Notes under the pieces: generated by a model | What the model was told of the DNA's origin: nothing | Databases searched by the model: none | The model's input: only the letters and a program-made list of their open reading frames with translations | Origin: Adineta vaga | Lineage: Eukaryota; Animalia; Rotifera | Direction of reading: 5' to 3' | Assembly (NCBI GenBank): GCA_021613535.1 | Contig: CP075497.1 | Coordinates: 11,346,001-11,410,000, forward strand | DNA length: 64,000 bases | Position numbers and translations under genes: made by a program | Shown: in pieces, positions 38,225-50,153 of the stretch | Position numbering within the stretch: position 1 is the stretch's first letter | Layout: each line of letters begins with the position of its first letter

Positions 38225-40613
38225 ATGGAATTACGTTTATCACTAATTCGTTCTCCGAACTATCCAGATACGATTAATGTTGATGAAGATCTTCAAGATT
38301 ATTTTAGTGAACCACGTCGAATAAAATTGAATGATCAAATCACTATTCATCCTTTATTACAACCAGGTAGAAATGATATTTAAACGAAAGATTCATTCAT
38401 CGGTTTAATTTTTAGAATTAGAAGTACATTTTCTTGTTTCATCACTTAAAGGAGATGATGCTTTAATATCTGCTGATAATTGTCGAATTATTATTGATAC
38501 AAAAAATATTCGTCAAGAAAAATTAACTTCAACGTAAGAAAATCTCAATATTGAATAACTGAGTCAATCTTTTTCTACGTAGATCTTCTAATACAGATGA
38601 AACAATTGTTTTTGCTAGTCAACGTTTATGTCAGATGTTAACAACATTTGATATTCAATGGTCTAAACAAACATCTACTCCAACAATTCTTATTCATGGA
38701 CTTGATCATTTCAATTCATTAGTGGATTATGCATGTCGACGTTGTGGATATCATTGTCATACAGTGATTATTTGAATAGGTTTTCTCTTGAATTAACATT
38801 CTATCATAGAAATAGTTTAGGTATCAAGTCAATTATTTGCTGGTGATTCAGCTGCAGCGACTATTAAACGTATTGAACAAGCAATTCAAACTGCAAATAA
38901 ATCCATACCATGCGTACTTTTCTTTAATCATGTAACTTTAGTAAAACCAATTTTTTGTTTAAGAAGATAAATTACTTTCGATTATTTAGGTGAATTACCT
39001 ATGTAAACTAACGGATGTAGAAAATGATGATGCAATTGTTACAAATGGTATTCGAAGATTAATTCAACAACTTCAATCGACATTAGCTGAAAATGGACCA
39101 TTGATTATTTTAGCTGCTGTATCACGACTTCATTTACTTAGTGAACAAGTTTTAAGTTTATTTAGTTATACATTAGCAATACCGGTATCTTTCCTTTCGT
39201 ATTTATTTGTTTGTTTGAATGAATTATATATTGTTTTATAAAAGGTAATTCCAATGGAAATACGAAAAGATTGGTTGGGTACTCGACTTTCGAATATCGA
39301 AGTTGCAGAAGATTTTAATTATGAACTTATTTTAGCTCAAACTAAAGGTAATATTAACTTCATATCAATAAAACTTTTTTTGATAAGAATACTTTGTTAG
39401 GTTGGCCAATCACTGAAGTTGATCAGCTCATTCGTTTAACTATCGAAGCTGCTTATTGGCGATCAACTGAGTAAATCGTTTCAATTAGTTTTTTTCTATT
39501 TTATTTTCTTTTAATGAATAGATCATCGGAAAGTTCAATTAGATTAACAAATATTGATTTTGAACAAGCTTTAAAAAAGAGTCATACCTCGAAATTATCT
39601 AGTCAACGAAAAGCAATGATACCTAATGTACATTGGAGTGATATTGGAGGATTATCAGTAGCAAAGAAGGAAATTCTAAACACAATTCAATTACCTTTAC
39701 TTCATCCAGATTTATTTGGTGATTTAGCCAGGTAGATTATCGTCTTAATGAAATCTATCTAAATTTATTTTCTTAGAACTGGAATTCTTCTCTATGGTCC
39801 ACCAGGATCTGGTATAAATAATATATCATTCCAATAATCATTCACTGTTTTATTCTATAGGAAAAACGTTGTTGGCAAAAGCAGTTGCAACAGAATTTTC
39901 TCTCAATTTTTTATCAGTACGTGGTCCTGAATTATTAAATATGTATGTTGGTCAAAGTGAACAAAATGTTCGTGATTTATTTGAACGTGCTCGTCTTGCT
40001 TCGCCATGTATTTTATTTTTTGATGAATTGGATTCTCTTGCACCACGTCGTGGTCGAACATCATCTGATTCTTCTGGTGTTAGTGATCGACTCGTGTCGC
40101 AATTACTTACAGAAATTGATCAACAACAAAGTGACCATCATATATTTATTATTGGTGCAACAAATCGACCTGATTTATTAGATGATGCACTTTTAAGACC
40201 AGGTCGTTTTGATAAATTGATCTATATTGGAATTAGTAATGATCATAATGATCGAAAACAAATGTTTCTAGCTTTGACACAAAAGTATGTAATATTAAAT
40301 TCGATTGGATAGAAAGGATTCTAATAAGAGAATAAACTATTTTAGATTTCATATTATTGAGAATGATTTTGATGCTGATGATTTCGTTCGTTCATGCCCA
40401 TTGAATATGACCGGTGCAGATTTCTATGCATTAGCAAGTGATGCTTATCTTCGTGCAATCCGAAGGTTAATTACAAATAATCGAAAAGAAGAAGAAGAAG
40501 ATAATCAAATAGTGGCGTTGATCAAAAGTGATTTTTATGATACATTAACAGGTTTTAGTCCATCACTTGATAAAAATGAAATAAAACAATATGAACGATT
40601 ACAAAAATCTTGA
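38225..40613 (+). CDS. PEX6: Peroxisomal AAA-ATPase PEX6 (short N-terminus), about 11 exons
   Basis: [103 protein letters not shown]1 is degenerate, as is typical of PEX6. Confidence 0.93.
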
Positions 40614-40847
40614 TTTACATGGTTGTTTTTTTTTCTAAAATAAAATAATGATTATCGACGTGAACATACAATGTATTACTTTTTTTGAAGCCAAAGTTTG
40701 CATTCATCATTTTTTCAATAACGAAGTAATTACATCATTTATTGAAAATTGATTATCAAAGCAAACAAAAATACATTCGATAGCGCGTTATATAAACAAC
40801 TTCAACATAACACATCTCAACAATCTTTAGTGAAATCTAACAAAATT

Positions 40848-40943
40848 ATGTGCACATTTCTTACATTACCTATCGAAGTCGTCTATAGAGTTTTGGATCA
40901 TATAGACGATTTTACCCTACTGTACTCTATGCAAAATATCTAA
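40848..40943 (+). pseudogene. F-box gene 5' fragment truncated at a transposon insertion
   Basis: MCTFLTLPIEVVYRVLDHIDDFTLLYSMQNI*. The stop TAA is formed by the TA target site plus the first base of the element, and no continuation is seen beyond the element. Confidence 0.7.
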
Positions 40944-41793
40944 GGTGCACCCAATGCAAAATTACAGCACCTCTGATTTTCCCCTGCGATTAGCATAGTT
41001 AGATACAGTTTCTCACGCTGATCTCTAATATGTTATTACTTTTTAATTTTAATTCATTTTTCATGGAGAAAAGGGCAAAATACTGGAGGTTACTAAAACT
41101 CTCATTTTAAAAACTTCTCTAAAGTCGTACCCTCTCTTTCTTCAATTCTTCATTTTTTATTCTTACTGACATGCTAATCGAATTACGCATGTTCGAATGG
41201 TCCTGTGTATGTATTCTAAAACTAGATTACATGTTATATTTGACATCTAATTTTTCATCCTCGAAATATCACCTAGAGTGGTTGAAACGGGAACCCTTGA
41301 CCCGTGATATGTCTATTTTCAAGAAATGAAAAATAAAATGAAAAAAAGCGAGCCGTATTTTTGTAGCCCATGAAAAGGCGGTTCTAATCACGTGTGATTG
41401 AAGGTCCTACTTTGTATAATAAAAACCTAGACAGGCTTACAAACAATAAGAGACATGTAAAAAGTGATATTTCGAGGATGAAAAATTAGATGTCAAATAT
41501 AACATGTAATCTAGTTTTAGAATACATACACAGGACCATTCGAACATGCGTAATTCGATTAGCATGTCAGTAAGAATAAAAAATGAAGAATTGAAGAAAG
41601 AGAGGGTACGACTTTAGAGAAGTTTTTAAAATGAGAGTTTTAGTAACCTCCAGTATTTTGCCCTTTTCTCCATGAAAAATGAATTAAAATTAAAAAGTAA
41701 TAACATATTAGAGATCAGCGTGAGAAACTGTATCTAACTATGCTAATCGCAGGGGAAAATCAGAGGTGCTGTAATTTTACATTGGGTGCACCT
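40943..41793. mobile_element. 851-bp non-autonomous foldback/MITE element with 330-bp terminal inverted repeats and TA target-site duplication (Tc1/mariner-like)
   Basis: Arms 40943-41272 and 41464-41793 are reverse complements (AGGTGCACCCAATG...CATTGGGTGCACCT; one mismatch noticed, at 40957). The spacer is 191 bp, with TA at 40941-42 and 41794-95. No ORF. Confidence 0.93.
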
Positions 41794-42930
41794 TACAATT
41801 AAAATTATTAATTGAATGAAATGTATGCTATTAGATTTGGAAAAAATAATCTAACAAGTAATTCCTATAGAGATCTATGATAATAAACCTTATAATGCAC
41901 TAAACTCAATCGAAATCGGAATTTCTTTTCCTCTGGCATTCGTTATTTTGCAGAAAAAATCAATCAAATAGTTTAACATGAATTTATCTAATGGAACAAG
42001 TATTAATGAAAACCAAAACGTCGAACTTTCGACGATGTCTGAGAAAGAATAATAAAAACTGCCGAAACTGTACGTATATGAATAATCTCAAGCGTATATA
42101 TTAGATTAAAATATTGAAATGAAAAATGGAAAACTGTTTTGCAATGCTAATTCAAAATCATATTGGAGTTCTATAAATCACTTACCTCAACTTATTATTT
42201 CACAATTAGAAGAAACAATCTGTATATACGTACGCAACAGTATATATAGTGCATTTCCTACGTCATAAGGATCATACGATGGTCATTGTCTTATCCGTCA
42301 GTTATCTCCGATCTCAGCCAAGTCAGATTGACCGTCATTATCGTTCTTTCATGATTCATTGTACATCTACATACATGTTCACTATTGCAACAATCGTAAT
42401 TCAATGATCTTTCAATTTGCAAACCAGCCACAATTGAAAATGCAATGCATCTGATAGAGGATTACTTCGCATTTTCTAGCATTCGAGTAAGAATTGAACT
42501 ATTTATATTCAACAATCCGTAATCCAGGATATAAAATCGTTATTACAAATTTAAATATATCATGCTTTATTTCTTCTACGAAATAGTCTCAACACGAATG
42601 CTGATACGCACTTGGAAAATTAAGTAACTGATGTTCTTACATTTCAAGAATATAATTTATCAATTGTAATCATCAAGTTATTAAATTGAATTAACTAAAA
42701 CTCTTCACTCTTTACATTACATAGCTAGACGATGAAGTAACGAGGTGATTACATCAAATCCACTCATATCCCTCAGCTTCTATCATGAATGCATTTTTTG
42801 GCGGGGTAATGAAGTCATTACTCCTCTGTGCAATGCGTGGGATGAATGTCATTTTATTTTCGTTGTCTGAATGTATGGGTATCGTGAAGGCTGGCTGTCG
42901 ATACCCGTCGTAATAGTATTATGACATCTA

Positions 42931-43928
42931 TGATTAGATACATATTTATGTTGGAGAATATGCGAGTTATAGAAGTGGTGGTTATGCTTATGAATTTCGA
43001 GGTTAATTATCTGATCTTCATACAAATTTATCTTTACTTCATCAATTAGGATGGATTGATAATTAAACACGAGCTGTGTTTATTCAATTCACTCTTTATA
43101 ATTCAAATGTTGAATTATTTACTTCATTAACTTTTCTTCTCGAATTTTTATCAACAACATCCATTTATCCAACTGTTCGTTTAAAACCAATTAATTTTTC
43201 AAGTAAATTATTTCTCTTTGATTTCTTTTTACCAAGAAATGTTTTTTTTTATATAGCATTTACATCGATATCACAATTGATTTGTACAATACTTTATATG
43301 ATCATGATTATCTATTTGATGATTATTGAAATTCGATTATCATTTAAAGAAAAATGAAAATATTTTCATCAATTTTAGTCTTATATGAAAATCGGAATTA
43401 TTGTATGTTCGTGGACGGTTGTTGAGATTTATATTTGTCGATACAATGAATATGAACGTATTAGAAAATTATTCAAAGAAACAAATGGATATATTTATAT
43501 TAATTTACAATGCTTTAGTTTATTTATTTTAATTGTTGTCTTTACTGGTATGAGTATGTTTCTTTCAATCATTTATGATAGTTTTTATCGAGCAAGAAAC
43601 AATCTTAATAATTAAAATGAAAAAATATTTTCATTTATGATGACAAGATTTCTACGTTGGACAGGTAAAGAAAAGAACTATTGGAGATAAATACAGTTTA
43701 TCATCATTTTAGGTTTAAAAAAAGCAACAGAAGAAGAAAGAAATACTTTGAATCATGGAGAACATATTGAACATCTTGCAGAGAAAATTGATCGATTATT
43801 CGATGCAATAGATCGAGTAAGAGATTTTCTGAATTCTTCGCTTTATGAATGTATGTTAATTATATTTATTTTTAGCTATATTTAACTGAAACAAATTAAA
43901 ATTCAAGAATATAATCGTCATCATTAAT
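42931..43928 (+). pseudogene. Polycystin (PKD1-like) channel-domain pseudogene, 3' fragment
   Basis: YVGEYASYRSGGYAYEFRG*LSDL...LHQLGWIDN*TRAVFIQFTLYNSNVELFTSLTFLLEF. In-frame stops at 43004 and 43064, further frameshifts, and a retained intron near 43665-43712. Confidence 0.85.
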
Positions 43929-43984
43929 AACTGATTTGTCAATGTTCGCTTTGAATATCCATTTTAATCATTTATGGCTTTTCA

Positions 43985-44297
43985 ATTTTATTTCCAAGAT
44001 TTCTCGGTCAGGATCCATGGTATACTTTTTTTGTTTGATAGAGCATGTCAAGATACAGAGCACTGAAGAGTCTTTTTTTTTAATTAACTTTTCTTTTTTA
44101 TTCAAAAATCACACATTTATATTACTGGACACCCATTTTTTCGGTCATTGAACTTCTCATGCCTTTTCTTCAGTGAAAAAGTAAGAATTTAAAAAAAGGA
44201 ATCTATGCAGTGCCCTGCATCCTGAGATGCTCTTTCTAGCAAAAAAAGAAAAAAAAATCCGCCATGACTCTGGACCGAGAAATCTTGGAAATAAAAT
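43985..44297. mobile_element. Degenerate foldback/MITE remnant
   Basis: Perfect 25-bp inverted repeat ATTTTATTTCCAAGATTTCTCGGTC (43985-44009 and 44273-44297), with imperfect complementarity continuing inward (GAGCATGTCAAGATACAGAGCACTG versus CAGTGCCCTGCATCCTGAGATGCTC). True termini not found. Confidence 0.7.
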
Positions 44298-44867
44298 GAC
44301 CTATTTTTCGCCTTGTTTGCTTCATGTCTCTGGAAAACAAGGTGATATCGAGCTGAAATTTTTACCATACACTCCCCTCTTCAGCCCATTTGAACTGTCC
44401 AAAGTCGAGTTCGGTTTTTGAGGGGGGGCTTAATTGAAAAACCAAAATCTTACAGATGATACTGAAATATTGAAAGAGTTTGTAAGAAATCATACGAATG
44501 AATTATCCGATGCATTTAATAAACATTCGTGTGACTCATAGATCAAACAACAGTTATTTAGTCTTTCAATGATTCTTTTAAGTCACAAAAATCTTGATTT
44601 TAACTTTAAAAAAGTATTTACTAATTGTGTGTATCAGCTGTCGATTCGATCATTCACCAAACTCAATGTACATAAGAAATATAATAAGAGAGAAAATGTA
44701 ACAGACGAAAGATGACCTGATTGATGACTCGTCAATAAACGAAAAAATGGTTCTCACAAACAAAAAAACGGCATCAACTGTTCATCGCAGTCTATTAATA
44801 TGTCATGATTATTTCTTTTTTATTGTCTTCTCAGACGGCAATGACAAAAATAGATATGTATATAGAG

Positions 44868-46647
44868 ATGAACATGACTGAACGGAACCAAAGAGATATG
44901 AATATTTCGTATAATGATCAAAAAAATATATTCGATTTACCTAATGAAATTTTATTTATTATTTTCAATAAACTAAATATGGTCGACGTTCTTTATTCAC
45001 TTGTGGATGTTTGTCAACGATTTAATGAAATAGTGCTCAATCCATTTTATATTCGTAATCTTGATATGACCACTGTGACGATGAAATCATGTTTTCAATT
45101 TATGTATTCAATAGACAATCAAGTTCTTAATAAAATTTGTGAAAGTATTTTACCTCGAATTTATCAGCAAGTAAATGAACTTACTCTTGAACAAAGTTCA
45201 GTGGAACGTGTATTTGGTACTATCAATTATCCTGAGCTTTATTCATTATCACTAAGAGGTTGTCGAGAAGATTTTTTAGTTAAATACCTAACAGGTAAAC
45301 TAGTTTTCTAATTTTAATCAATACGGTGATAAAATCATTTGAATAAGTTAATTAGCATTTTCTTTTTTTTTCTATGAACTGAAGATAATACAATTCTTCG
45401 CCAGCTTCTTACTGAACAAATTACATGTCTTCAAATTGATATCATGAATATGACAACACCACCACTTCCTCGAACTCTGTCGACTATATTTACTTTGATT
45501 TTATCTTTATGTAAACGATTGACGGAATTGAACTTTTGTGAATCATCACATCGCTTAACCAGCTGTACTTTTGACTTATCAACTAATTTCATGTCTTCAA
45601 CTTTGACTACACTGGAGATTACTGTGGAAACTTTCAATGATTTCCTTTATTTACTTGACGAACGTCTCAAATGTTTATCAACACTGAAAATTCACGTGGA
45701 CGAAATAGCACCTACACCAGGAACAATAGATAACACGGTTAGTATTATTGTCAGTTAGTATGTTTCAAAAAAGTAAAAAATGGACTCGATAGACAAACAT
45801 TTGACATTTACGTCATATCCACACGCAATTGTTTATGATAAGGAACTTGTTCCATTGTTTCGACGAATGATTAATCTGGAAGAATTGATATTATTTCTTT
45901 CAATAATAAGAATTGACTCGAATTATATCGATGGTACTCAATTGTATGATGATATTCTTATTCATATGCGACAATTGAAGAAATTCGCTTTCAATATCGA
46001 CACATGCGTGATCAAAAGGAATACTAAAATTGCTCTTTCATCGAATGAAGTTATTCAGCGTAGTTTCATTAGAAGAGAATATGGACCAGTTGTTACACAT
46101 GTTGAAACTTTTTCAGAGGAAAAGAACAGAAGAGTTCATATTTATTCGCTTCCATATGAATTCAACGGTAGATGCAATATCTATTCACTTCCATACCAAT
46201 TCAAAAATTTTCATAATTTAAGCAATTCTTTTCAAGGTGGCATATTTGATGACGTTCAATCGCTGATGATATCAGACATACGATCTTTCGAACATCACTT
46301 TTTCAAAGTTATTGCTCAAAGTTTTCCTCTGTTGAAACGATTGGATATTTTCAATGATGAACCACAGAAAGAAGAAACAGTCAATAACTTTCATCCAATT
46401 TTCTCATCTTATTTTACTCAATATTGCCACCGCTCATGTCGACGACACTGCACAATTTCTCTTCGATAAACATTGTCATTCGCCTCGTTTACGGGAGCTT
46501 CATATCAAGTACGAAGCACTTGTGATAGTCACAAATAATTTTACTAATGATGAGACACGTCATGTTTGTAGTAAATTAACGAGTGTTCATATAGAGGAGC
46601 CGTTTGTTTCTTCAGAAAATTTTCATCACTATTTTCCTTTATTGTAA
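44868..46647 (+). pseudogene. F-box/LRR-like gene of a lineage-expanded family, probably disabled
   Basis: F-box NIFDLPNEILFIIFNKLNMVDVLYSL...CQRFNEIV, LRR-like repeats, and ending ENFHHYFPLL*. Frameshift near 46365-46380 and no AG acceptor with a pyrimidine tract before the last exon (~45790). Confidence 0.75.
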
Positions 46648-48009
46648 ATGTTACTTGTTAAAACTTGGGTCAATAAAAACAAATAGTTGGAGAAGATTAA
46701 ATATGTTTTCAGTCATAGCAAGATGGCATCGCTAAGAAATTAGTAAAACAGTTGGATTTAATTGGTTATCAAACGCTCTTGAATCGATGAAATTCTGGCA
46801 AATCGATACGTTATCGAAGCTACTGAGTTCACAAAAATCGCTTCAGATCTCCAAAATATGATGAAAATTGACAGCTATACCCAGCTGCAAAACCAATTGA
46901 ATAATGGTTAAGTAAGTTGATTACTAGGCGACTACGATAGGAGAAATATAGACAGATAAATGAAAAATTTTGCTTTTGATAATATAATATCTATCAAGCG
47001 GTGAAAGCAATTTCTGTTGACGTGAATATTTATCGCACTATTTAATATATTCCTTCATAAGGATAGAAGAGATAAGATGATAGATTGAGTACACATAACG
47101 AAAAGGTAGCTAAACATCATTACATAAGAAAACATACAAAACAAGTAGTTAAGAATTACAATGAGACATGAAAATGAAGCAAAGAAAAAACAAGAGCAAA
47201 ATTCATCGACCCTTTTTTTCCAAAAAAGAAAAATAAGAAAAACATTCATAAATAAAACTAATATTTATTATATATTGAAGAACGCTTTGTTTCATCGACA
47301 GTTTTGAACAAATTTTTCGTAGATACATGTATCGAGCATTAATTCATCTATTTACTGAGTAACTTAAAAAAATATTTTGGATCAAATCTCCAAGCAAAAT
47401 GAAAATATGTTTCGAAAATTTTAACCGGAAAATTTCTGTTTTTTTTGGTTCAGGCTACACCTGTCATGTCGGATCGTTCCCAGTCCTAAATTATGCTGCT
47501 TAATTAAAAGAAAATAGATATAAGAAGACGAAAAATATATTTGCTATGCTTTGATAGAGCGTATTGAATTTCAAAATAGTCATAGTATTTGAATTATCGA
47601 TAGTTAAGAGAGATGAGACTGATATTAGTGAACAAGAAAAATTAAATTCATTTAAATTAGATTAAATAATTATTAGAGAAATCATGTATCTTAGATGATT
47701 ACTTGAGAATATATCTCCAATTGCTTCAACAACTGACGAATATTAATCATATATTGACAGAATACTGATGATTTATTTCCATTCACTTTTCCTTTATTTA
47801 CCATTATTTTATCAACATTTCTATGAAATAGAATAAGAAAAAAAACCTCGAGAAAATCTTTTAACAGTTTGCTGACAAGAAAGTTTAATTCCATTTATTC
47901 GATGTATGTTTACAAAAAAAAAAATAGTTTAAATGATGAATAATTTTGTGCATAATCTTCATGATATAAGAAAAAAAAGTCAACATAATAACACAAAAAA
48001 AAACATATT

Positions 48010-48689
48010 TTATTTATGATAAAGGTTAGATTTATCATTTTGACTATCATGAGTATCATGTTGACCTGTTTTTGACGATTTTGATTCTTGTATATGCTGT
48101 TCAAGTGGTGTTGTATCTATATTTTGTCGAGTAATACCATCATCTATTGATTTCATAGCAACCATTGAACGAGATACATTTCCATCATTTCCTGGTGTTT
48201 CATTCGATAAATCTTGAGCATGAATAGAAGTATTGAGTAAATCATCATTACCATTTTTATCTATAACTATAGAAATACAAATTATAAATCGATATAATAT
48301 TTTACTTAAAGAAACTTACCACCAGTTACGTCTTCACCTTTTTTATTTATATTTAATTGAACATCATCAATTGCTTGTGAACATTGTCCTTTCGATTGTT
48401 CTAAAATAAAAAATCATAATATAATTATACGGTTAAAACAAGGATGAATTTTACCATTTATTTCGACCAGTTAGTGCTTAGTACGTTTTTTATCCGCAGT
48501 GTCGGCATAATATCCACTTAATGAAAATTTTAGCTTTTCATTTTCAACTTCATTTTTTAATCAAACAATTTGTTCAGTTGTTAATTTATTAGGATCATCA
48601 TCAGCTTTAGCTACAGCTTCAGCAAGAGCAGCAACAGCAAATTTATATTTACGTAATTGTTCTTGTTCAAGTTCAGCTAATTTGTCAAC
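48010..48689 (-). pseudogene. Three-exon 3' gene fragment of unknown family with stops and frameshifts
   Basis: GT-AG bounded exons read VDKLAELEQEQLRN..FAVAALAEAVAKADDDPNKLTTEQIV*LKNEVENEK...|EQSKGQCSQAIDDVQ...|VIDKNGNDDLLN...SNLYHK*. Upstream sequence decays into poly-A/T. Confidence 0.6.
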
Positions 48690-49249
48690 CTAAATAATAT
48701 AAACATAAAGAATTTTAACAAAATTAATGAATCAAAATTATATTTCTTTCTTTTTTTTCTTTTTAATAAGATGAATCTTTTTTTTTTTAAAAAATATTTA
48801 TTACAAGAAGTTTTTTTTTTTTTTCTAACTTAAAAAATTTAAAAATGTAATTTATTTTAAAGATTTGAAATTTTTTTTTTTTAAAAAAAATGTTTTTATT
48901 ATTTTTCTTTCGTTTTGAGTATATATATCGAGAAAAAAAAGATAAGAGAATATTAATGACGAAAAAATGGTACTTCAGAATAGAACTGACCCGGGTTTAA
49001 CTAATATGTATGTATAGTTATTTTAGAAAAGCATGATAATCAGAATAATGCCACGATCAAAATAACACTTTTTCTGCATTTATTCTTTGAATATTATAGA
49101 TATTCGATATTTTCCAAGTTCATTGTATTTATTATTTATACAATGAATGAATACCCAGAAGTTTTTCGCTCATGACAATCAGCATGTAACCAGTGGGTAT
49201 TATTCCAGCGAAGGTTGCAAGTCGGCGCATATCATTTGCAAATAAAATA

Positions 49250-50153
49250 TGACCAGCATTTCGAATAGTAACGGCGACACTAGGACAATTCGTCGCGTAT
49301 ATATTATAATTAATTGACAAAGCTACATATGTAATTCTATTAATAGGATAACTACACTATCACAACAGTCGTGTTAGTAACACCAAGTGCAACCTAATAT
49401 TCTAGTGGTATTGCGAACAAGAAGATACGGATTCACTCGAAAACTTCATACAAAATGTTTCAAAAGTACCAAAAAGCAAAACACAGAATTTGAATAGTAA
49501 AAAAACTTCTAAGAAAGTCTTAAGAAGAGAACGTTATTCAGTTAACTGTCAGACAAAAAATTTGTTTCGTTTGAAATGTTAGATTATATTTCAACATTAT
49601 GAATCAAACAGATTCAAGCAAACTTTTACTACACAAAAACATTTTACAACTTAGCGAATGATTTTTATCGTAGTTCATTTAGTGAATATTTAATTTTTAG
49701 GATGTTTATTTTAGTTAGTGAAAATCCAAAGATTTCTTTTATGAAATACACATTAGCTCACAACAGTGATAGCTATGTAAAATGAGTATTACCTCCAAAT
49801 TGAGATTCTCGATAAAATACGGTTCAAGTTAGTACTGCTCCTTTACAGTATACATAATAAATTGACAAGAATATCTATTCATAATTATGAAGCCTTAAAA
49901 ATCCCTTATAGAATCCATTTTCCGTAAACAAAACAATCCAGGTACTGTTTTATTCGGAAGTGTAAAGTTTTGAGTTAATTTCTGTTAACTTTGTTTCGTT
50001 ACGTATTGTACATTTGTTTAAAATTATTGTTTCTTTTTCGAACGTAATGACCCTTATACAATGTTTATCTCTCTCTCTCTCTCTCGACCTTTATATTATG
50101 TTAATCTTGTTACAATTAACTAATTATTGACCAGCATTTCGAATAGTAACGGC
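49250..50153 (+). repeat. 26-bp exact direct repeat TGACCAGCATTTCGAATAGTAACGGC (49250-49275 and 50128-50153)
   Basis: Two identical copies read directly from the sequence, with unrelated flanks. Confidence 0.85.

Noticed and set aside
41978-42225. Possible decayed gene fragment with exon-like segments
   Set aside because: Multiple stops and no recognisable motif, so no family can be supported.
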